Notes: generated by a model not told the origin, from the sequence alone. A DNA stretch of 64,000 nucleotides from a candidate division FCPU426 bacterium (GCA_963796105.1 CAWCKJ010000004.1:1248001-1312000), one strand, 5' to 3'; shown: positions 1-11,652, counted from the first letter of the stretch. Numbers and translations: made by a program.

Positions 1-1
1 T

Positions 2-3000
2 TGGGCCTATGAATCCCAAACCATCAACATGGCGCAGCTCAACAACTCGGCTGGAACCACCTGCACAGCGGGTGGAGCCTCCTGCGGGAACATCGGCATC
101 ACCGGCACGGTATCCGTGGCTTCCTACGGCCCCTGCACGCAAATATCAGGTCATTACGCAAACCAGATGATCACTTACTGTTTTTCCCCGACCTCCACGG
201 CTTACGTCATCCCGCCGAACGGGGGCTACTGGTATGTCCAATACGACATGCTGCGGTTCGGGCGCAACAACTCGCAAATGGACAACGGCAACTTTTCCGA
301 CGACTGGTCGCATTTCGGGACCGGCAACGGTGATTGTTCCTCCAATTCCTCAAACCAGGAAAACCCATTTTTCGCGCTTTATTACAATGGAACCCTGGTA
401 CGGGAACAGTTGGATACTTCGGGGACCAACTTTGACACCGCCACCGGGATGGAGCCGTGCATGGTCCTTCTGACTTGCACCCCGACCCCAGGAATAACCA
501 ATACCCCTACACGGACGCCCACCTTCACGCCCACCAATACCATGACCCGGACCCCGACCAATACCCCGACGAACACCCCCACCATTACGCCTTCCCCTAC
601 CCCCACACCGACCCGGACACCTACACCCTCGTCGACCCCGACATTCAGCCCGACGCCTACCCCGACTCCCACCAGGACCCCGACTCTCACACCCTCACCC
701 ACGCCTTCCCCGACTCCAACCCCCACGACGACACCCACGCCTACCCCGACCAGGACGCCCACACCCACCCCCACGAATACCCCGACACCGACACCAACCA
801 CTACCCCAACACCCACCCCGACCCGGACACCTACGCCGACACCCACTCCGACACCCTCGCCTACGCCTACCCCGACCTTGACTCCCACGCCCACGCCTTC
901 GCCCACTCCGACCAGGACCCCGACGCCTACGCCCTCACCCACCCCTACGCCCACCCCGACCCCGACAAGGACGCCGACTCCCACGCCGACAACCACCCCC
1001 ACCCCCACTCCGACCAATACACTTACTCCGACACCTACCAATACGCCGACTCCAACCCCGACCAGAACCCCAACGAATACTCCTACTCCGACTCCCACAA
1101 ATACACCCACGAACACGCCCACCCCCACACCAACGACGACCCCGACTCCGACGCCGACTAATACTCCCACAAGGACTCCGACTCCCACGCCAACCCCTAC
1201 CCCCACCCCGACTCCCACACCTACCATTACCCCGACCCCAACGAACACGCCTACAGGGACCCAATCACCCACGAACACGCCCACCATCACCCCGACCAAG
1301 ACGCCAACACCGACTCCTACCAATACGCCCACCATTACACCCACGCCCACGCCCACCATTACACCCACGCCCACGCCAACCAATACCCCCACGAGGACGC
1401 CAACACCTACCCCGACTCCGACCCCGACAACCACCCCAACCCCCACACCCACCAATACCCTGACACCCACCCCGACCAACACCCCCACGCCCACCCCCAC
1501 CACGACGCCGACACCCACTCCAACAAGGACACCCACTCCCACGCCTACCAATACGCCTACTCCCACTCCAACCACCACCGCTACCCCGACACCTACGAAC
1601 ACCCCGACCCCCACACCCACGAGGACGCCGACTCCCACGCCGACAACCACCCCAACCCCCACACCCACCAATACCCCGACACCCACTCCCACGAACACGC
1701 CCAGCCCTACCCCGACCACGACACCCACCCCAACGCCGACCAACACCCCCACAAGAACACCCACCCACACTCCGACGCCCACACCCACGATCACCCCGAC
1801 TCCTACCAACACTCCGACTCCCACCATCACGCCCACGCCGACGAACACGCCCACGGGAACTCAGCCGCCCACGAACACTCCCACCATTACTCCCACCAAG
1901 ACCCCGACGCCTACTCCCACCCCGACCCCGACTGTGACACCCACTCCCACACCCACGAATACGCCCACGTCCACCCCGACCAACACCCCGACTCCCACAC
2001 CCACCACGACTCCCACCCCGACTCCTACTTCCACGCCGACTAGGACTCCGACCCCCACCCCCACTCCGACTTCCACGACCACATCCACTCCCACGCCGAC
2101 GAACACGCCCACTTCCACCCCGACCAACACCTCGACCCCCACCCCGACCCTGACGCCCTCGCCGACGCCGACGCATACCCCCACAAACACACCCACTTCC
2201 ACACCGACCCCAACGCCAACGATCACTTCGACCCCGACATACACCTCAACTGGAACGACATCACCCACGAATACCTTCACCGTCACGCCGACGTTAACGC
2301 CTTCGCCAACGCCCACGGATACACCCACGAAAACACCCACGAGCACCCCGACACCCACGCCTACCACAACCTCTACTCCCACATTCACCTCCACCCCCAC
2401 CTCGACGCCGACGAACACCCCGACCAATACCCCGACCACCACACCCACACCCACCTACACCAACAGCTCAACCGACACTCCTACTTGGACCTACACGCCT
2501 TTATTCACTTCGACAAACTCCTACACCCCAACGAATACACCCACTCCCACGAATACTTTCACTCCCACTGACACCCCGACCCCCACACCCACGCCGACAC
2601 CGACCTATACTCCCACTTCAACCAACACCCCGACATCCACGCCCACGGATACACAGACCCTGACACCCACCTTGACCCCGACAGATACATCCACCTATAC
2701 GCCAGTATTCACCTTTACCCCCAGCTACACGCCTACGAACACTTCCACACCCACGAATACCTATACCCCCACGAACACCCCGACCAGCACACTCACTCCG
2801 ACACCAACCAACACGCCCACCAACAGCAATACACCCACGAATACAAATACCCCGACGAACACGAATACGCCGACAAACACCTACACCGCCACCAATACCC
2901 CGACGAACACCAATTCCCCCACGAACACGCCTACCCCGACGCTGACCCGGACGCCTACCAACACCTTTACGGCCACGAACACCCCAACCGCCACCTTCAC

Positions 3001-3619
3001 ACCCACTAATACCAACACTCCGACGCCTAGCTACACCCCGACGAACACCTATACCCCCACGAATACCAGGACTTCAACCAACACTCCTACAGCCACCTAT
3101 ACCCCCACGAACACCCCCACGTACACCTTCACCCGGACATACACTCTGACCCCGACCCTGACCAATACCAGGACCTCAACGTCCACTCCCACCTTCAGCC
3201 GCACACCGACGTCCACGCGCACCCCTACGCCGACGAAAACCAACACGCCCATTTGGACATCCACTCCCACGGCGACCTTCACGCCCACGGAAACGTCCTC
3301 GATGACACAGATCCCGACCTGGACGCCGACGGTGGATTACTTCACGGTGACGAAGAACGTGTTCAAGGAAGGGGGGGAGCCGGTATCCATCTTCGTGGGG
3401 ACGAGCCAATATCCCGGACCCTTCCAGTTGTCCGTTTACAACTCGGCGGGGGAGCATATCAAGACCCTGGACAGCCGGTACCTGGAGGCGCCATTCCAAG
3501 GCAGTTTCTTCTGGGACGGGACGAACAAGTACGGGGATACCTGCGCCAGCGGGGTTTATATTTTCTACCTAGTGGAACCCTTCGACCGCAAAGTGAAGAA
3601 GATCATTTTTATTAAGTGA
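2..3619 (+). CDS. Large secreted Pro/Thr-repeat protein with C-terminal FlgD-Ig/T9SS-CTD-like domain (5' partial)
   Basis: Frame is open back to the window start (WAYESQTIN precedes the ATG at 29). Cys-containing N-terminal part, roughly 950 aa of (TP)n repeats, then C-terminal [11 protein letters not shown]...[16 protein letters not shown]...KIIFIK. Confidence 0.85.
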   Translation, partial: WAYESQTINMAQLNNSAGTTCTAGGASCGNIGITGTVSVASYGPCTQISGHYANQMITYCFSPTSTAYVIPPNGGYWYVQYDMLRFGRNNSQMDNGNFSDDWSHFGTGNGDCSSNSSNQENPFFALYYNGTLVREQLDTSGTNFDTATGMEPCMVLLTCTPTPGITNTPTRTPTFTPTNTMTRTPTNTPTNTPTITPSPTPTPTRTPTPSSTPTFSPTPTPTPTRTPTLTPSPTPSPTPTPTTTPTPTPTRTPTPTPTNTPTPTPTTTPTPTPTRTPTPTPTPTPSPTPTPTLTPTPTPSPTPTRTPTPTPSPTPTPTPTPTRTPTPTPTTTPTPTPTNTLTPTPTNTPTPTPTRTPTNTPTPTPTNTPTNTPTPTPTTTPTPTPTNTPTRTPTPTPTPTPTPTPTPTITPTPTNTPTGTQSPTNTPTITPTKTPTPTPTNTPTITPTPTPTITPTPTPTNTPTRTPTPTPTPTPTTTPTPTPTNTLTPTPTNTPTPTPTTTPTPTPTRTPTPTPTNTPTPTPTTTATPTPTNTPTPTPTRTPTPTPTTTPTPTPTNTPTPTPTNTPSPTPTTTPTPTPTNTPTRTPTHTPTPTPTITPTPTNTPTPTITPTPTNTPTGTQPPTNTPTITPTKTPTPTPTPTPTVTPTPTPTNTPTSTPTNTPTPTPTTTPTPTPTSTPTRTPTPTPTPTSTTTSTPTPTNTPTSTPTNTSTPTPTLTPSPTPTHTPTNTPTSTPTPTPTITSTPTYTSTGTTSPTNTFTVTPTLTPSPTPTDTPTKTPTSTPTPTPTTTSTPTFTSTPTSTPTNTPTNTPTTTPTPTYTNSSTDTPTWTYTPLFTSTNSYTPTNTPTPTNTFTPTDTPTPTPTPTPTYTPTSTNTPTSTPTDTQTLTPTLTPTDTSTYTPVFTFTPSYTPTNTSTPTNTYTPTNTPTSTLTPTPTNTPTNSNTPTNTNTPTNTNTPTNTYTATNTPTNTNSPTNTPTPTLTRTPTNTFTATNTPTATFTPTNTNTPTPSYTPTNTYTPTNTRTSTNTPTATYTPTNTPTYTFTRTYTLTPTLTNTRTSTSTPTFSRTPTSTRTPTPTKTNTPIWTSTPTATFTPTETSSMTQIPTWTPTVDYFTVTKNVFKEGGEPVSIFVGTSQYPGPFQLSVYNSAGEHIKTLDSRYLEAPFQGSFFWDGTNKYGDTCASGVYIFYLVEPFDRKVKKIIFIK

Positions 3620-3726
3620 CACAAATCAACTTGTAAAAACGCGGATAGGCATATCGATTTGGGAAAGTCGCGACAATATAAAAGGTGAAGTTTTTTTTGC
3701 TGTTAAAACTGATTCAGGAGTTTTCT

Positions 3727-6324
3727 ATGCGCCGCATTCTTTTATTATTAGCAGTCATCCAATTCATGTCACCTGTCCTGGCGCTCGCCGAAGAGGAGGA
3801 AGTGCGGTTCTACGCTCCGGCATGGGCCGATTCTTCTGGCAAGGACGGCAAGGGCGGGGTCAGCATCACCTGCTCGGAAGGAAAGAACAATATTGTCCTG
3901 CGGAAAGATCCCTGCCCGGCCCGGATCGAATCGAAAATCCCCACTGATCGTCCAGACTGGGTGGTATTCGACAGTGACGAGGATAATAACAGCCTTTCCT
4001 ACGAATTCACGTGGATCACCAAGCCTTCGGATAAGTTCTGGAGCCGGACCTGGGCTGGCGGCGGGATCGCTTTCAATAAGTCGTGGAACTCCATCGACAT
4101 CACGGGAGCCAAGTTCCTGGTTTTTTACGCCAAAACCAGCCAGCCTGGGGCCATGGACTTTGAACTCGCCTTAACCGGCGACAAAGACGGAGAACAAACT
4201 GGGCCGGTCTTGATCAGTGATTACGCCGAGGACAAGAAAATCGGCTCCGATTGGACCAAAGTTGCCATTCCCATCGACGCCATGCCCAACCTTTCGAAGA
4301 TCGACAAGACGAAGGTCAAGACCATCAACATAAACCTGAAAATGAAGGACTGCCCGGAAAACAAGCCGCTCTTCATGCGCTTCAATCGGGTGTACTTCTC
4401 GGATTCCAACCTAGTCACGCCGGTTGAAAACCTGGGCTGGCTTAAGACGCCCGAAGGCGTGGAGGTAATCTGGGACAAAACTAACGACGAGGGCATCGTG
4501 AAATACCTCGTGATGGTGGACGGAAAGGCCGCCGGCCGCGTCGAAGGCGCTTCCAAGAGGCGTGTAAAGATCCCAACCAAACTGCTGCCCCCGGTAAAAC
4601 CCCACGTGGTGGGGATAGCCGCGGCCAATGACAAGCAAGTTTTATCCTACCAGGCGGTTACGGTGACACTAGGCGGTTCACAAGCCCAAGCCGCCACAGT
4701 AACGGTTTCCGATAAGCTGGGCCGGTCCATCTCGCCCTACCTCTACGGCCAAAACGGCTGGGGTTTCTCGCCCGAAACTTACAAGAAACTCGGAACCACC
4801 GTGAGCCGCTGGGGAGGAAACGCTACTACCACCTACAACTGGAAGGACGACGCGGAAAACCGGGGCGGGGATTGGTTTTTCCTCAATACGAACGAATCGC
4901 CCAAACTGGACGCCGAAAAGGATAAGAGCTACTACAAGTTTATCGAAGAAGTCGCCAAAGGCGGGGCGCAAGTCATCATGACGATCCCCACCATCGGATG
5001 GGTGGCCAAGCGTTGCCCCGAAGGAGTCCATCTTTCTTCTTATCCCTTGTCACTTTTCCCTAAGCAGGACAAGGATGATCAGGGCGCAGGCAGCGGTTTC
5101 CTACCGGGCGGAAAAGAACCCATCTGGGGTAACGATCCCAACAATAACTACTTGAAATCGGACCCGGAGTTCCAGAAGGGCTGGGTGGAAACCATAGTCA
5201 AGAACTTCGGCACGGCCTCCCAGGGCGGGGTCAAGTTCTACAACATGGACAACGAGCCGGGCTTATGGCACTGGAACCACCGGGACGTCTGTCCCTTGGG
5301 CATTGGCTACGACGACTTGGTGGACCTGAACGCCAAGTACGCGGCCGCGGTCAAGTCGGTGGACAAGGACGCGCAGATCCTCGGTATGGTGGCTTGGGGC
5401 GCGATGGAACTCGCCGGATCCAATTGGGACTTCATACCGGGCGGCAAGGAAAACTACAAAAGGAAAGATGAAAAAGACCTCAAAGGGGAAAAGTGGACCG
5501 AGCGGAAGGCCCACGGGGATGTCCCGCAGGTGATTTACTTCCTAAGGGAAATGAAGAAGCGCTCGGATGAGGCGGGAGTGCGTCTTCTCGACTACCTGGA
5601 CAACCACGGTTTTCCCGAGGTCTGGGGAAAGAACGCCCAAGGCGAGAAGATGAACGTGATGGGCGACTTACCCTATGACCCGGTCATGACTCCAAAGCAG
5701 TTCGACGGCCTACGGGTTTTATGGGACGACACTTTCGTGAGCCAAGACAGTTGGTGCTACGACAGCGGCAACGCCCCATACTTTTGGACGCCCTGGGTGG
5801 GATTGATCCCGAAACTTAAAAAATACATTGATGAAAACTTCCCGGGTACCAAGCTGGCCATGACCGAATATTACCCGGCTAGCTCCAGCTACTACCACGG
5901 AGGCCTACTTGTGGCAGTTGAGACGGGCATTTTCATGCGGGAAGGAATGGACCTGGCCTGTGACTGGGGTTCGACGCATGAGGGCAACTACGTTTATCTC
6001 GGCCACAAGCTCTTCAGTAACTACGACGATAAAGGCTCCAAAGTGGGTGGGAATTACGTGGATAGCACCTCGTCCTTCGCCGACCTCTATTCGTTCGCGG
6101 CCAAGGACGCGTCGAAAACTTACGTGGCGCTAATCAACAAGAACCATGACCAGGAAATCGAAACCACTGTCAACCTGCCGGCCGCCGCCAAGACCTACCA
6201 TACTTACACGCTTTCTGAAAGTTCGGGCAAGCGTCTTTACGACTCCGGAGAACAGGCGGCCAAGGGTTCGACACTTTCCATCCAGGTGCCGGCCTTTTCT
6301 GCGGTCCTGGTCGTGGCGCAATAA
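3727..6324 (+). CDS. Secreted glycoside hydrolase family 44 (endoglucanase/xyloglucanase) with N-terminal CBM-like domain
   Basis: Signal peptide after an AGGAG RBS. GH44 motifs RWGGNATTTYNW, GDWFF, TIPTIGWVAK, MDNEPGLWHWNHRDV, KLAMTEY. The N-terminal WAGGG...WTKVAIP region resembles a CBM11/CIA30-type jelly-roll. Confidence 0.85.
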   Translation: MRRILLLLAVIQFMSPVLALAEEEEVRFYAPAWADSSGKDGKGGVSITCSEGKNNIVLRKDPCPARIESKIPTDRPDWVVFDSDEDNNSLSYEFTWITKPSDKFWSRTWAGGGIAFNKSWNSIDITGAKFLVFYAKTSQPGAMDFELALTGDKDGEQTGPVLISDYAEDKKIGSDWTKVAIPIDAMPNLSKIDKTKVKTININLKMKDCPENKPLFMRFNRVYFSDSNLVTPVENLGWLKTPEGVEVIWDKTNDEGIVKYLVMVDGKAAGRVEGASKRRVKIPTKLLPPVKPHVVGIAAANDKQVLSYQAVTVTLGGSQAQAATVTVSDKLGRSISPYLYGQNGWGFSPETYKKLGTTVSRWGGNATTTYNWKDDAENRGGDWFFLNTNESPKLDAEKDKSYYKFIEEVAKGGAQVIMTIPTIGWVAKRCPEGVHLSSYPLSLFPKQDKDDQGAGSGFLPGGKEPIWGNDPNNNYLKSDPEFQKGWVETIVKNFGTASQGGVKFYNMDNEPGLWHWNHRDVCPLGIGYDDLVDLNAKYAAAVKSVDKDAQILGMVAWGAMELAGSNWDFIPGGKENYKRKDEKDLKGEKWTERKAHGDVPQVIYFLREMKKRSDEAGVRLLDYLDNHGFPEVWGKNAQGEKMNVMGDLPYDPVMTPKQFDGLRVLWDDTFVSQDSWCYDSGNAPYFWTPWVGLIPKLKKYIDENFPGTKLAMTEYYPASSSYYHGGLLVAVETGIFMREGMDLACDWGSTHEGNYVYLGHKLFSNYDDKGSKVGGNYVDSTSSFADLYSFAAKDASKTYVALINKNHDQEIETTVNLPAAAKTYHTYTLSESSGKRLYDSGEQAAKGSTLSIQVPAFSAVLVVAQ

Positions 6325-6374
6325 TGCGTCTAAACTTGGTCTATAATATAAAACTCTAAACCTAGGGTTCTCTC

Positions 6375-8477
6375 ATGCGCTTGAACTTATTGTGTATCAT
6401 TTTGGCCGTTTCCCTCTTTTTCGCTGGGACGGCGGATAAGGCGGGTGCCAAGACCGTGTTGAAAACCTTCAAGAATCCCATCCTGACGGGCTTCCATCCC
6501 GACCCCAGCGTCTGCCGGGTGGGGGAGGATTTTTACCTCACCAATTCCACCTTCGAGTATTTCCCCGGCCTTCCCATCTACCACAGCCGCGACCTGGTCC
6601 ATTGGGAGTTCATCGGGAACGCCTTGAATCGCCCCAGCCAATTACCCCTCCAAGGGGCGTCGGACCGGGGAGGTCTCTATGCCCCTACTCTCCGCTACTG
6701 GAAGGGGATTTTTTACCTGACCTGCGACAACGTCAGCGGGGGAGGGAATTTCATCGTCACCGCCAAGGACCCGGCGGGCCCCTGGTCGGAGCCGGTCTGG
6801 CTGGACGATTACGGGATCGACGGCTCCATGTTCTTTGACGACGACGGGAAGATCTATTACGACCGGGTCGGGGCCGACAATCGGAACGGCATCGCGCAGG
6901 CCGAATTGGACCCTTCCAGCCTGAAGCTCAAAACACCCTTCAAGAAGGCCTGGGAATACCAGGGCGAATGGAATGAGGGCCCGCACCTTTACAAGATCAA
7001 GGGCATGTATTATCTCATCGCAGCCACGGGTGGAACCGAAAGCCACCACCAAGAAGTCGCGGCCCGGAGTAACAGCCCTTGGGGCCCTTTTGAGCCATGC
7101 CCCCATAATCCCATCCTCACCGAACGAGACGTTCCCCAAAGCCCCATCCAATGCGCCGGGCATGCCGACTTGATCGACGCTCCCGACGGGTCCTGGTGGA
7201 TGGTTTTCCTGGGGACCCGGCCCCAGGACGGCATGTCGGTGCTAGGCCGGGAAACTTTCCTGGCTCCGGTCCATTGGACGAAGGATGGTTGGCCGGTCGT
7301 GGGCAAGGACCACCACGTGGCCCTGGAAATGGAAGCGCCGAAGTTAAAGCCGTTTCCCGTGGAGGCCTCCCAGCCGAGGACCTTTTTTACCGGCACCCAG
7401 TTAGGCCCCGAGTGGCTGCATGTCCGGAATTTTGACCCGCGAAATTTCTCGCTGACGGAACGGAAAGGGTATCTCCGAATCCGGGCGGCCAAGGACAGCC
7501 TGAACACCAGGTTTGAGGAACCCGCTTTCGTGGGCCGGCGCCAGGCCTCATTCCGATTTAGCGCCCGGACCGATATGGAATTTGACCCTCCGCAAAACGG
7601 GGAGGAGGCGGGTCTTTGCGTAAGGGCCAATGAGGATAACCATTACGAGGTGGGATTGGGGCGGTTCAACGGGGAAACCCGGATTTTCGTCCGGAACAGG
7701 ATCAAGAATAGGGAATACCTGGTCGCCCAAGAACCGGTGGGACCGGGAAAAGTCCAATTGGAGATTTCCGGCAAGGAGGACCGGTACCAATTCGCCTGGT
7801 CCAGCGATGGTAAGGCCTGGAATACGCTCGCGGCTTGTCCCTCCGCCGACCTTTCCCGTGAGAAGGCTGGGGGATTTACCGGAACGGTGCTCGGCCTCTA
7901 TGCCACCGCCAACGGCAAGGATTCCCGCGCATACGCTGACTTCGCCTGGTTCGAAATTCTACCCGGCGTCGTTCCGAAACCCGTCCCCCTGACGCGCCGG
8001 CCCTCGCCGACGCCCCTGGCCCCTACGGACCATTGGCGGATCAGGACCGGCTGGGAGGAATTCCGGGACAAGGACGGTTTGTACTGGTCGTCGGATATCG
8101 GCTATTCGGATGGGGATGTCGCCCGTTGTTGGGATTCCATCGCCGGAACCCAGAAGCAAGAACTTTACCAATTCGAACGAAGCGGGAGGGATTTCAATTA
8201 TGCCCTTCCCGTGTTGGCGGGGAAGTACCAGGTTTATTTGATGTTCGCCGAGACCTACGTAAAGAAAGAAGGCGAGCGGGTTTTTGATGTCCTCGTCAAC
8301 GGAAAAAAGGTCCTCAACCATTTCGATATCCTCAAGGAGGCCGGGGCCTTCGACAAGGCTGTCGATAAAAGCTTCCCGGACATTCAACCGGGCGCCGATG
8401 GAATGATCCGTCTCCAATTCGTTTCCTCGGCCCAGAACGCCAAGGTCTGCGCCATCGAGGTGGTCCGGAAGCATTGA
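6375..8477 (+). CDS. GH43 beta-xylosidase/arabinofuranosidase with GH43_C2 and C-terminal malectin domain
   Basis: NPILTGFHPDPSVCRVG, YAPTLRY, WNEGPHLYK, GHADL, LGRETFL, GGFTG. Malectin motif FAETY...GERVFDVLVNG...FDILKEAG. Confidence 0.92.
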   Translation: MRLNLLCIILAVSLFFAGTADKAGAKTVLKTFKNPILTGFHPDPSVCRVGEDFYLTNSTFEYFPGLPIYHSRDLVHWEFIGNALNRPSQLPLQGASDRGGLYAPTLRYWKGIFYLTCDNVSGGGNFIVTAKDPAGPWSEPVWLDDYGIDGSMFFDDDGKIYYDRVGADNRNGIAQAELDPSSLKLKTPFKKAWEYQGEWNEGPHLYKIKGMYYLIAATGGTESHHQEVAARSNSPWGPFEPCPHNPILTERDVPQSPIQCAGHADLIDAPDGSWWMVFLGTRPQDGMSVLGRETFLAPVHWTKDGWPVVGKDHHVALEMEAPKLKPFPVEASQPRTFFTGTQLGPEWLHVRNFDPRNFSLTERKGYLRIRAAKDSLNTRFEEPAFVGRRQASFRFSARTDMEFDPPQNGEEAGLCVRANEDNHYEVGLGRFNGETRIFVRNRIKNREYLVAQEPVGPGKVQLEISGKEDRYQFAWSSDGKAWNTLAACPSADLSREKAGGFTGTVLGLYATANGKDSRAYADFAWFEILPGVVPKPVPLTRRPSPTPLAPTDHWRIRTGWEEFRDKDGLYWSSDIGYSDGDVARCWDSIAGTQKQELYQFERSGRDFNYALPVLAGKYQVYLMFAETYVKKEGERVFDVLVNGKKVLNHFDILKEAGAFDKAVDKSFPDIQPGADGMIRLQFVSSAQNAKVCAIEVVRKH

Positions 8478-8521
8478 GAAAATGTTATGCTGTCGTTCCA
8501 TTCTATTAGAGCGGGGGAAAT

Positions 8522-10663
8522 ATGAAAAAACCAACGCCGGGCAATCGGGCTGTTTTTCTAATGACCCAATGCCTATTCTTAGCGGTGTGCCTTCTGCTAT
8601 GGCTTCCCTTGTCCGCGGGATCAAATACATCTGGAGGAAAAAAAATGACGACTTTCCGCAACCCAATCCTGGCTGGCTTCCACCCCGACCCCAGCGTTTG
8701 CAGGGCAGGGGATGATTTCTACCTCGTGAACTCCACCTTCGAGTTTTTCCCTGGCCTCCCCATCTACCACAGCCGCGACTTGATGCATTGGGAACAGATC
8801 GGTAACGCGCTGGACCGCCCCAGCCAACTGCCTTTGAATGGGGCAACGGACTTTGGCGGGCTCTACGCCCCCACCATCCGCTACCACGAGGGGACCTTCT
8901 ACCTGACCTGCACGAACGTGAGCGGTAAAGGGAACTTCATCGTCAAGGCAAAGGACCCCGCTGGTCCCTGGTCCGAACCGTTCTGGATGGATGTCCCCGA
9001 CATCGATGGGTCCATGTTCTTCGATGACGACGGCAAGGCCTACTTCACGAACCAGGGAGGCGGCGAGAAAGCGGGCATCAAGCAATGCGAGTTCGACCCC
9101 GAAACCTGCAAGGCGACCACGAGCCCCAAGAGCATCCACAATGACCTTTCCGAGTCCTGGAACGAGGGGCCGCACCTCTACAAGATCAAGGGGGCTTATT
9201 ACCTCATGCTGGCCGAGGGCGGGACGGGGACCCAACACATGGAGTGGATCGGCCGCTCCGACAACCCCTGGGGACCCTTTGAGCCCTGCCCTTTCAACCC
9301 TATCCTGACGGAGCGCGACGAGTCCGCGAGCCCCATCCAATGCACGGGCCACGCCGACCTTGTGGAGGCCCCCGACGGAAGCTGGTGGATGGTGTTCTTG
9401 GGAGTGAGGATGCACGAGGGAACTTCCGTCCTGGGGCGCGAGACGTTCCTGGCCCCAGTTGAGTGGAAGGACGGCTGGCCCGTGGTCAATGGCGACCATC
9501 ATGTGGCCTTGGAGATGCCGGCCCCGAAGTTGAAACCCCATCCATTCCGTAACCCCGGGCCGAGATGGGATTTCGATAAGCCGAAGCTGGGCCCGGAATG
9601 GATCCACGTTCGCAACATCGACCCCGCGGATATATCTCTCGCGAAGCGGAAGGGGTTCCTGAGCCTCCACGCCGCGAAGGGGACCATCAGCAGCAAGAAG
9701 GACGTCCCCGCCTTCGCGGGCCAGCGGCAACCCGATTTCAAGGTGACCTCCCGCTGCGCCATGGATTTCACGCCAGCCGCGGATGGCGAGGAGGCGGGCC
9801 TGATGGTTCGCTCCAACGACGACAACCACTACGAGGTCGGTGTGGGGCGCTGGGACGGGGAGACTTGCCTTTACGTCCGAAACCGGGTCAAGGAGCAGGA
9901 AGGTTTCGTCGCCCGAAAGCCGTTCAAGGGCGGCCGGGTGTTTCTGGAGATCTCGGGCCAGGAAAGTCAGTACCAATTCGCCTGGTCGATGGACAACAAG
10001 AAGTGGGAAACGCTGGCGGCCTCCTCCGCCGCCGATTTGTCAAAAGAGAGGGCGGGGGGCTTCACAGGGACCGTCCTTGGCATGTACGCCACGGCCAATG
10101 GGAAAGAATCCGGGAATTGGGCCCATTTCAACTGGTTCGAAATGACTCCAGGTGTCGCCCCCAAGGTCATCGGCTTGGCACCGCGACCCACGGCAACGCC
10201 GGTGCCCTCGCGGGAGGTATGGCGCGTCCGGGCGGGCGGCGAAGCCCTGACAGACTCGAAGGGAAATGATTGGATCAAAGACCAGGCATATGTTGGGGGG
10301 GAAACCGCCATTACGGACCGGCCGATGAAGGCCTCCCGTGACGGACAGCTCTTCCAAACCGAGCGATGGGGTTCCGACTTCAGCTACGTTTTCCCGGTCA
10401 CGCCGGGGAAGTACCTGGTCCGATTGCGTTTCGCGGAAACCTACGTGAAGAAACAGGGAGAGCGGGTTTTTGACGTGCTGATCAACGACAAGAAAGAGCT
10501 GTGGGATTTTGACATCCTCCGGGAGGCGCACGGCTTTGACCAAGGGGTGGAGAAGACATTCAAGGATGTCCGGCCCGACAGCGGGGGAAACATCCGCGTC
10601 CGGTTCGTCGCGAAGGTCCAGAACGCCAAGGTTTGCGCCATTGAGGTGGTCCGGGAGCGTTGA
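8522..10663 (+). CDS. GH43 beta-xylosidase/arabinofuranosidase with C-terminal malectin domain (tandem paralogue)
   Basis: Same motifs and architecture as the upstream gene. Alternative ATG at 8645 has a strong GGAGG RBS. Confidence 0.92.
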   Translation: MKKPTPGNRAVFLMTQCLFLAVCLLLWLPLSAGSNTSGGKKMTTFRNPILAGFHPDPSVCRAGDDFYLVNSTFEFFPGLPIYHSRDLMHWEQIGNALDRPSQLPLNGATDFGGLYAPTIRYHEGTFYLTCTNVSGKGNFIVKAKDPAGPWSEPFWMDVPDIDGSMFFDDDGKAYFTNQGGGEKAGIKQCEFDPETCKATTSPKSIHNDLSESWNEGPHLYKIKGAYYLMLAEGGTGTQHMEWIGRSDNPWGPFEPCPFNPILTERDESASPIQCTGHADLVEAPDGSWWMVFLGVRMHEGTSVLGRETFLAPVEWKDGWPVVNGDHHVALEMPAPKLKPHPFRNPGPRWDFDKPKLGPEWIHVRNIDPADISLAKRKGFLSLHAAKGTISSKKDVPAFAGQRQPDFKVTSRCAMDFTPAADGEEAGLMVRSNDDNHYEVGVGRWDGETCLYVRNRVKEQEGFVARKPFKGGRVFLEISGQESQYQFAWSMDNKKWETLAASSAADLSKERAGGFTGTVLGMYATANGKESGNWAHFNWFEMTPGVAPKVIGLAPRPTATPVPSREVWRVRAGGEALTDSKGNDWIKDQAYVGGETAITDRPMKASRDGQLFQTERWGSDFSYVFPVTPGKYLVRLRFAETYVKKQGERVFDVLINDKKELWDFDILREAHGFDQGVEKTFKDVRPDSGGNIRVRFVAKVQNAKVCAIEVVRER

Positions 10664-10765
10664 GGAAATGGTTTCACAATTATTTTTCTAAATGCCAACC
10701 CATAGAAATCGCTACTCTCTTAAGAGAGTTTTTTAATAATTTTTTTAAACTTATTTTTGTGACAG

Positions 10766-11062
10766 CTAATCTTTTTTCTGGTTCAATTCGTGATATTTCC
10801 CCAGAGCCTTCTGACCCTCCGGTGAATCGGCTGGATATAAAACTTTACTGCCGCATTTTGAACAAGTCCGGTTATAGGCGAATAATAACCAATCTCCTTC
10901 TATTGAATCACGTTGTTGTGGAGTAGGGGGGCCGAAAAACTTTAAAATCCCAATGGGGATATAAATAATCCTTAATAACAAATGCAATGACCTGCCTCCC
11001 CGCTGAAGCCATCGAGGATTATCTAAATTGCCACAATTATCACAAATCCATTTCTTGATCAT
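10766..11062 (-). CDS. Small hypothetical protein with two CxxC motifs and a hydrophobic segment, in AT-rich DNA
   Basis: CDNC...CSKC motifs; AT-rich region downstream of tRNA-Asn. Confidence 0.5.
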   Translation of the reverse strand: MIKKWICDNCGNLDNPRWLQRGGRSLHLLLRIIYIPIGILKFFGPPTPQQRDSIEGDWLLFAYNRTCSKCGSKVLYPADSPEGQKALGKYHELNQKKD

Positions 11063-11136
11063 CTTATCCTCAATTTAAACTTACCCTTTAGCTTCCAATT
11101 AATTCTTCGCATTTATAGAGTAAATTGTTCCTATGA

Positions 11137-11520
11137 TACCTCTTCTTAGTTCTCATCCAACCCGGGACAACTTAAAATAAAAAAGGGGTCAGAAAGATTC
11201 GAATGGCTTACCCGGATGCGCAAAGCGCTCACGGGGAAATACAGCTCTCCGGGTGAAAATCGAACCTCAATTCGCTCTCACAAGGGAAGAGACCCCTGTG
11301 TACCCCAATGAACAACATGGGGAACCCTTTCACCATACCCCTTCTTGGTTCTCGTCCAACCCTACTTCAACCTGGGAAGTCACAAAAGCAAATAGACCTC
11401 CCCGGGGGACATCGAACCTCGCTTCGCTCTCACAGGGGAAGTCGACCCCTATGTACCCTAGTGAAAGGCCTGAAAACTCCCGTTTTCAGACTTTCCCGCT
11501 GGTTCTCGTCCAACCCGGCA
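11137..11520. repeat. tRNA-Asn-linked repeat array (sense T-arm copy, core, antisense T-arm copy)
   Basis: Antisense T-arm copies at about 11146, 11345 and 11500 (tggttctcgtccaaccc). Degenerate sense copies at 11245 and 11398. Shared core ttcgctctcac-a(a/g)ggg-aag..acccct.tgtaccc. Confidence 0.8.
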
Positions 11521-11533
11521 AGGCAGAAAAAAG

Positions 11534-11571
11534 AAAAGGGGCCAATCTCTATAAAGAGATGGCCCCTTTTT
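11534..11571 (-). terminator. Intrinsic terminator hairpin after tRNA-Asn
   Basis: aaaaggggcc(a)atctct-ataa-agagatggcccctttt inverted repeat with A/T tails. Confidence 0.7.
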
Positions 11572-11577
11572 CACTTC

Positions 11578-11652
11578 TGGCTCCCCGGGTTGGACTCGAA
11601 CCAACAACCCTCCGGTTAACAGCCGGATGCTCCACCATTGAGCTACCGGGGA
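11578..11652 (-). tRNA. tRNA-Asn(GTT)
   Basis: Cloverleaf TCCCCGG...TCCGG-CT-GTT-AA-CCGGA...GGTTCGAGTCC...CCGGGGA-G-CCA. Confidence 0.97.

Noticed and set aside
382..2454. Long Val-Gly and Arg-Gly ORFs on the minus strand and alternative frames
   Set aside because: Shadows of the Thr-Pro repeat gene.
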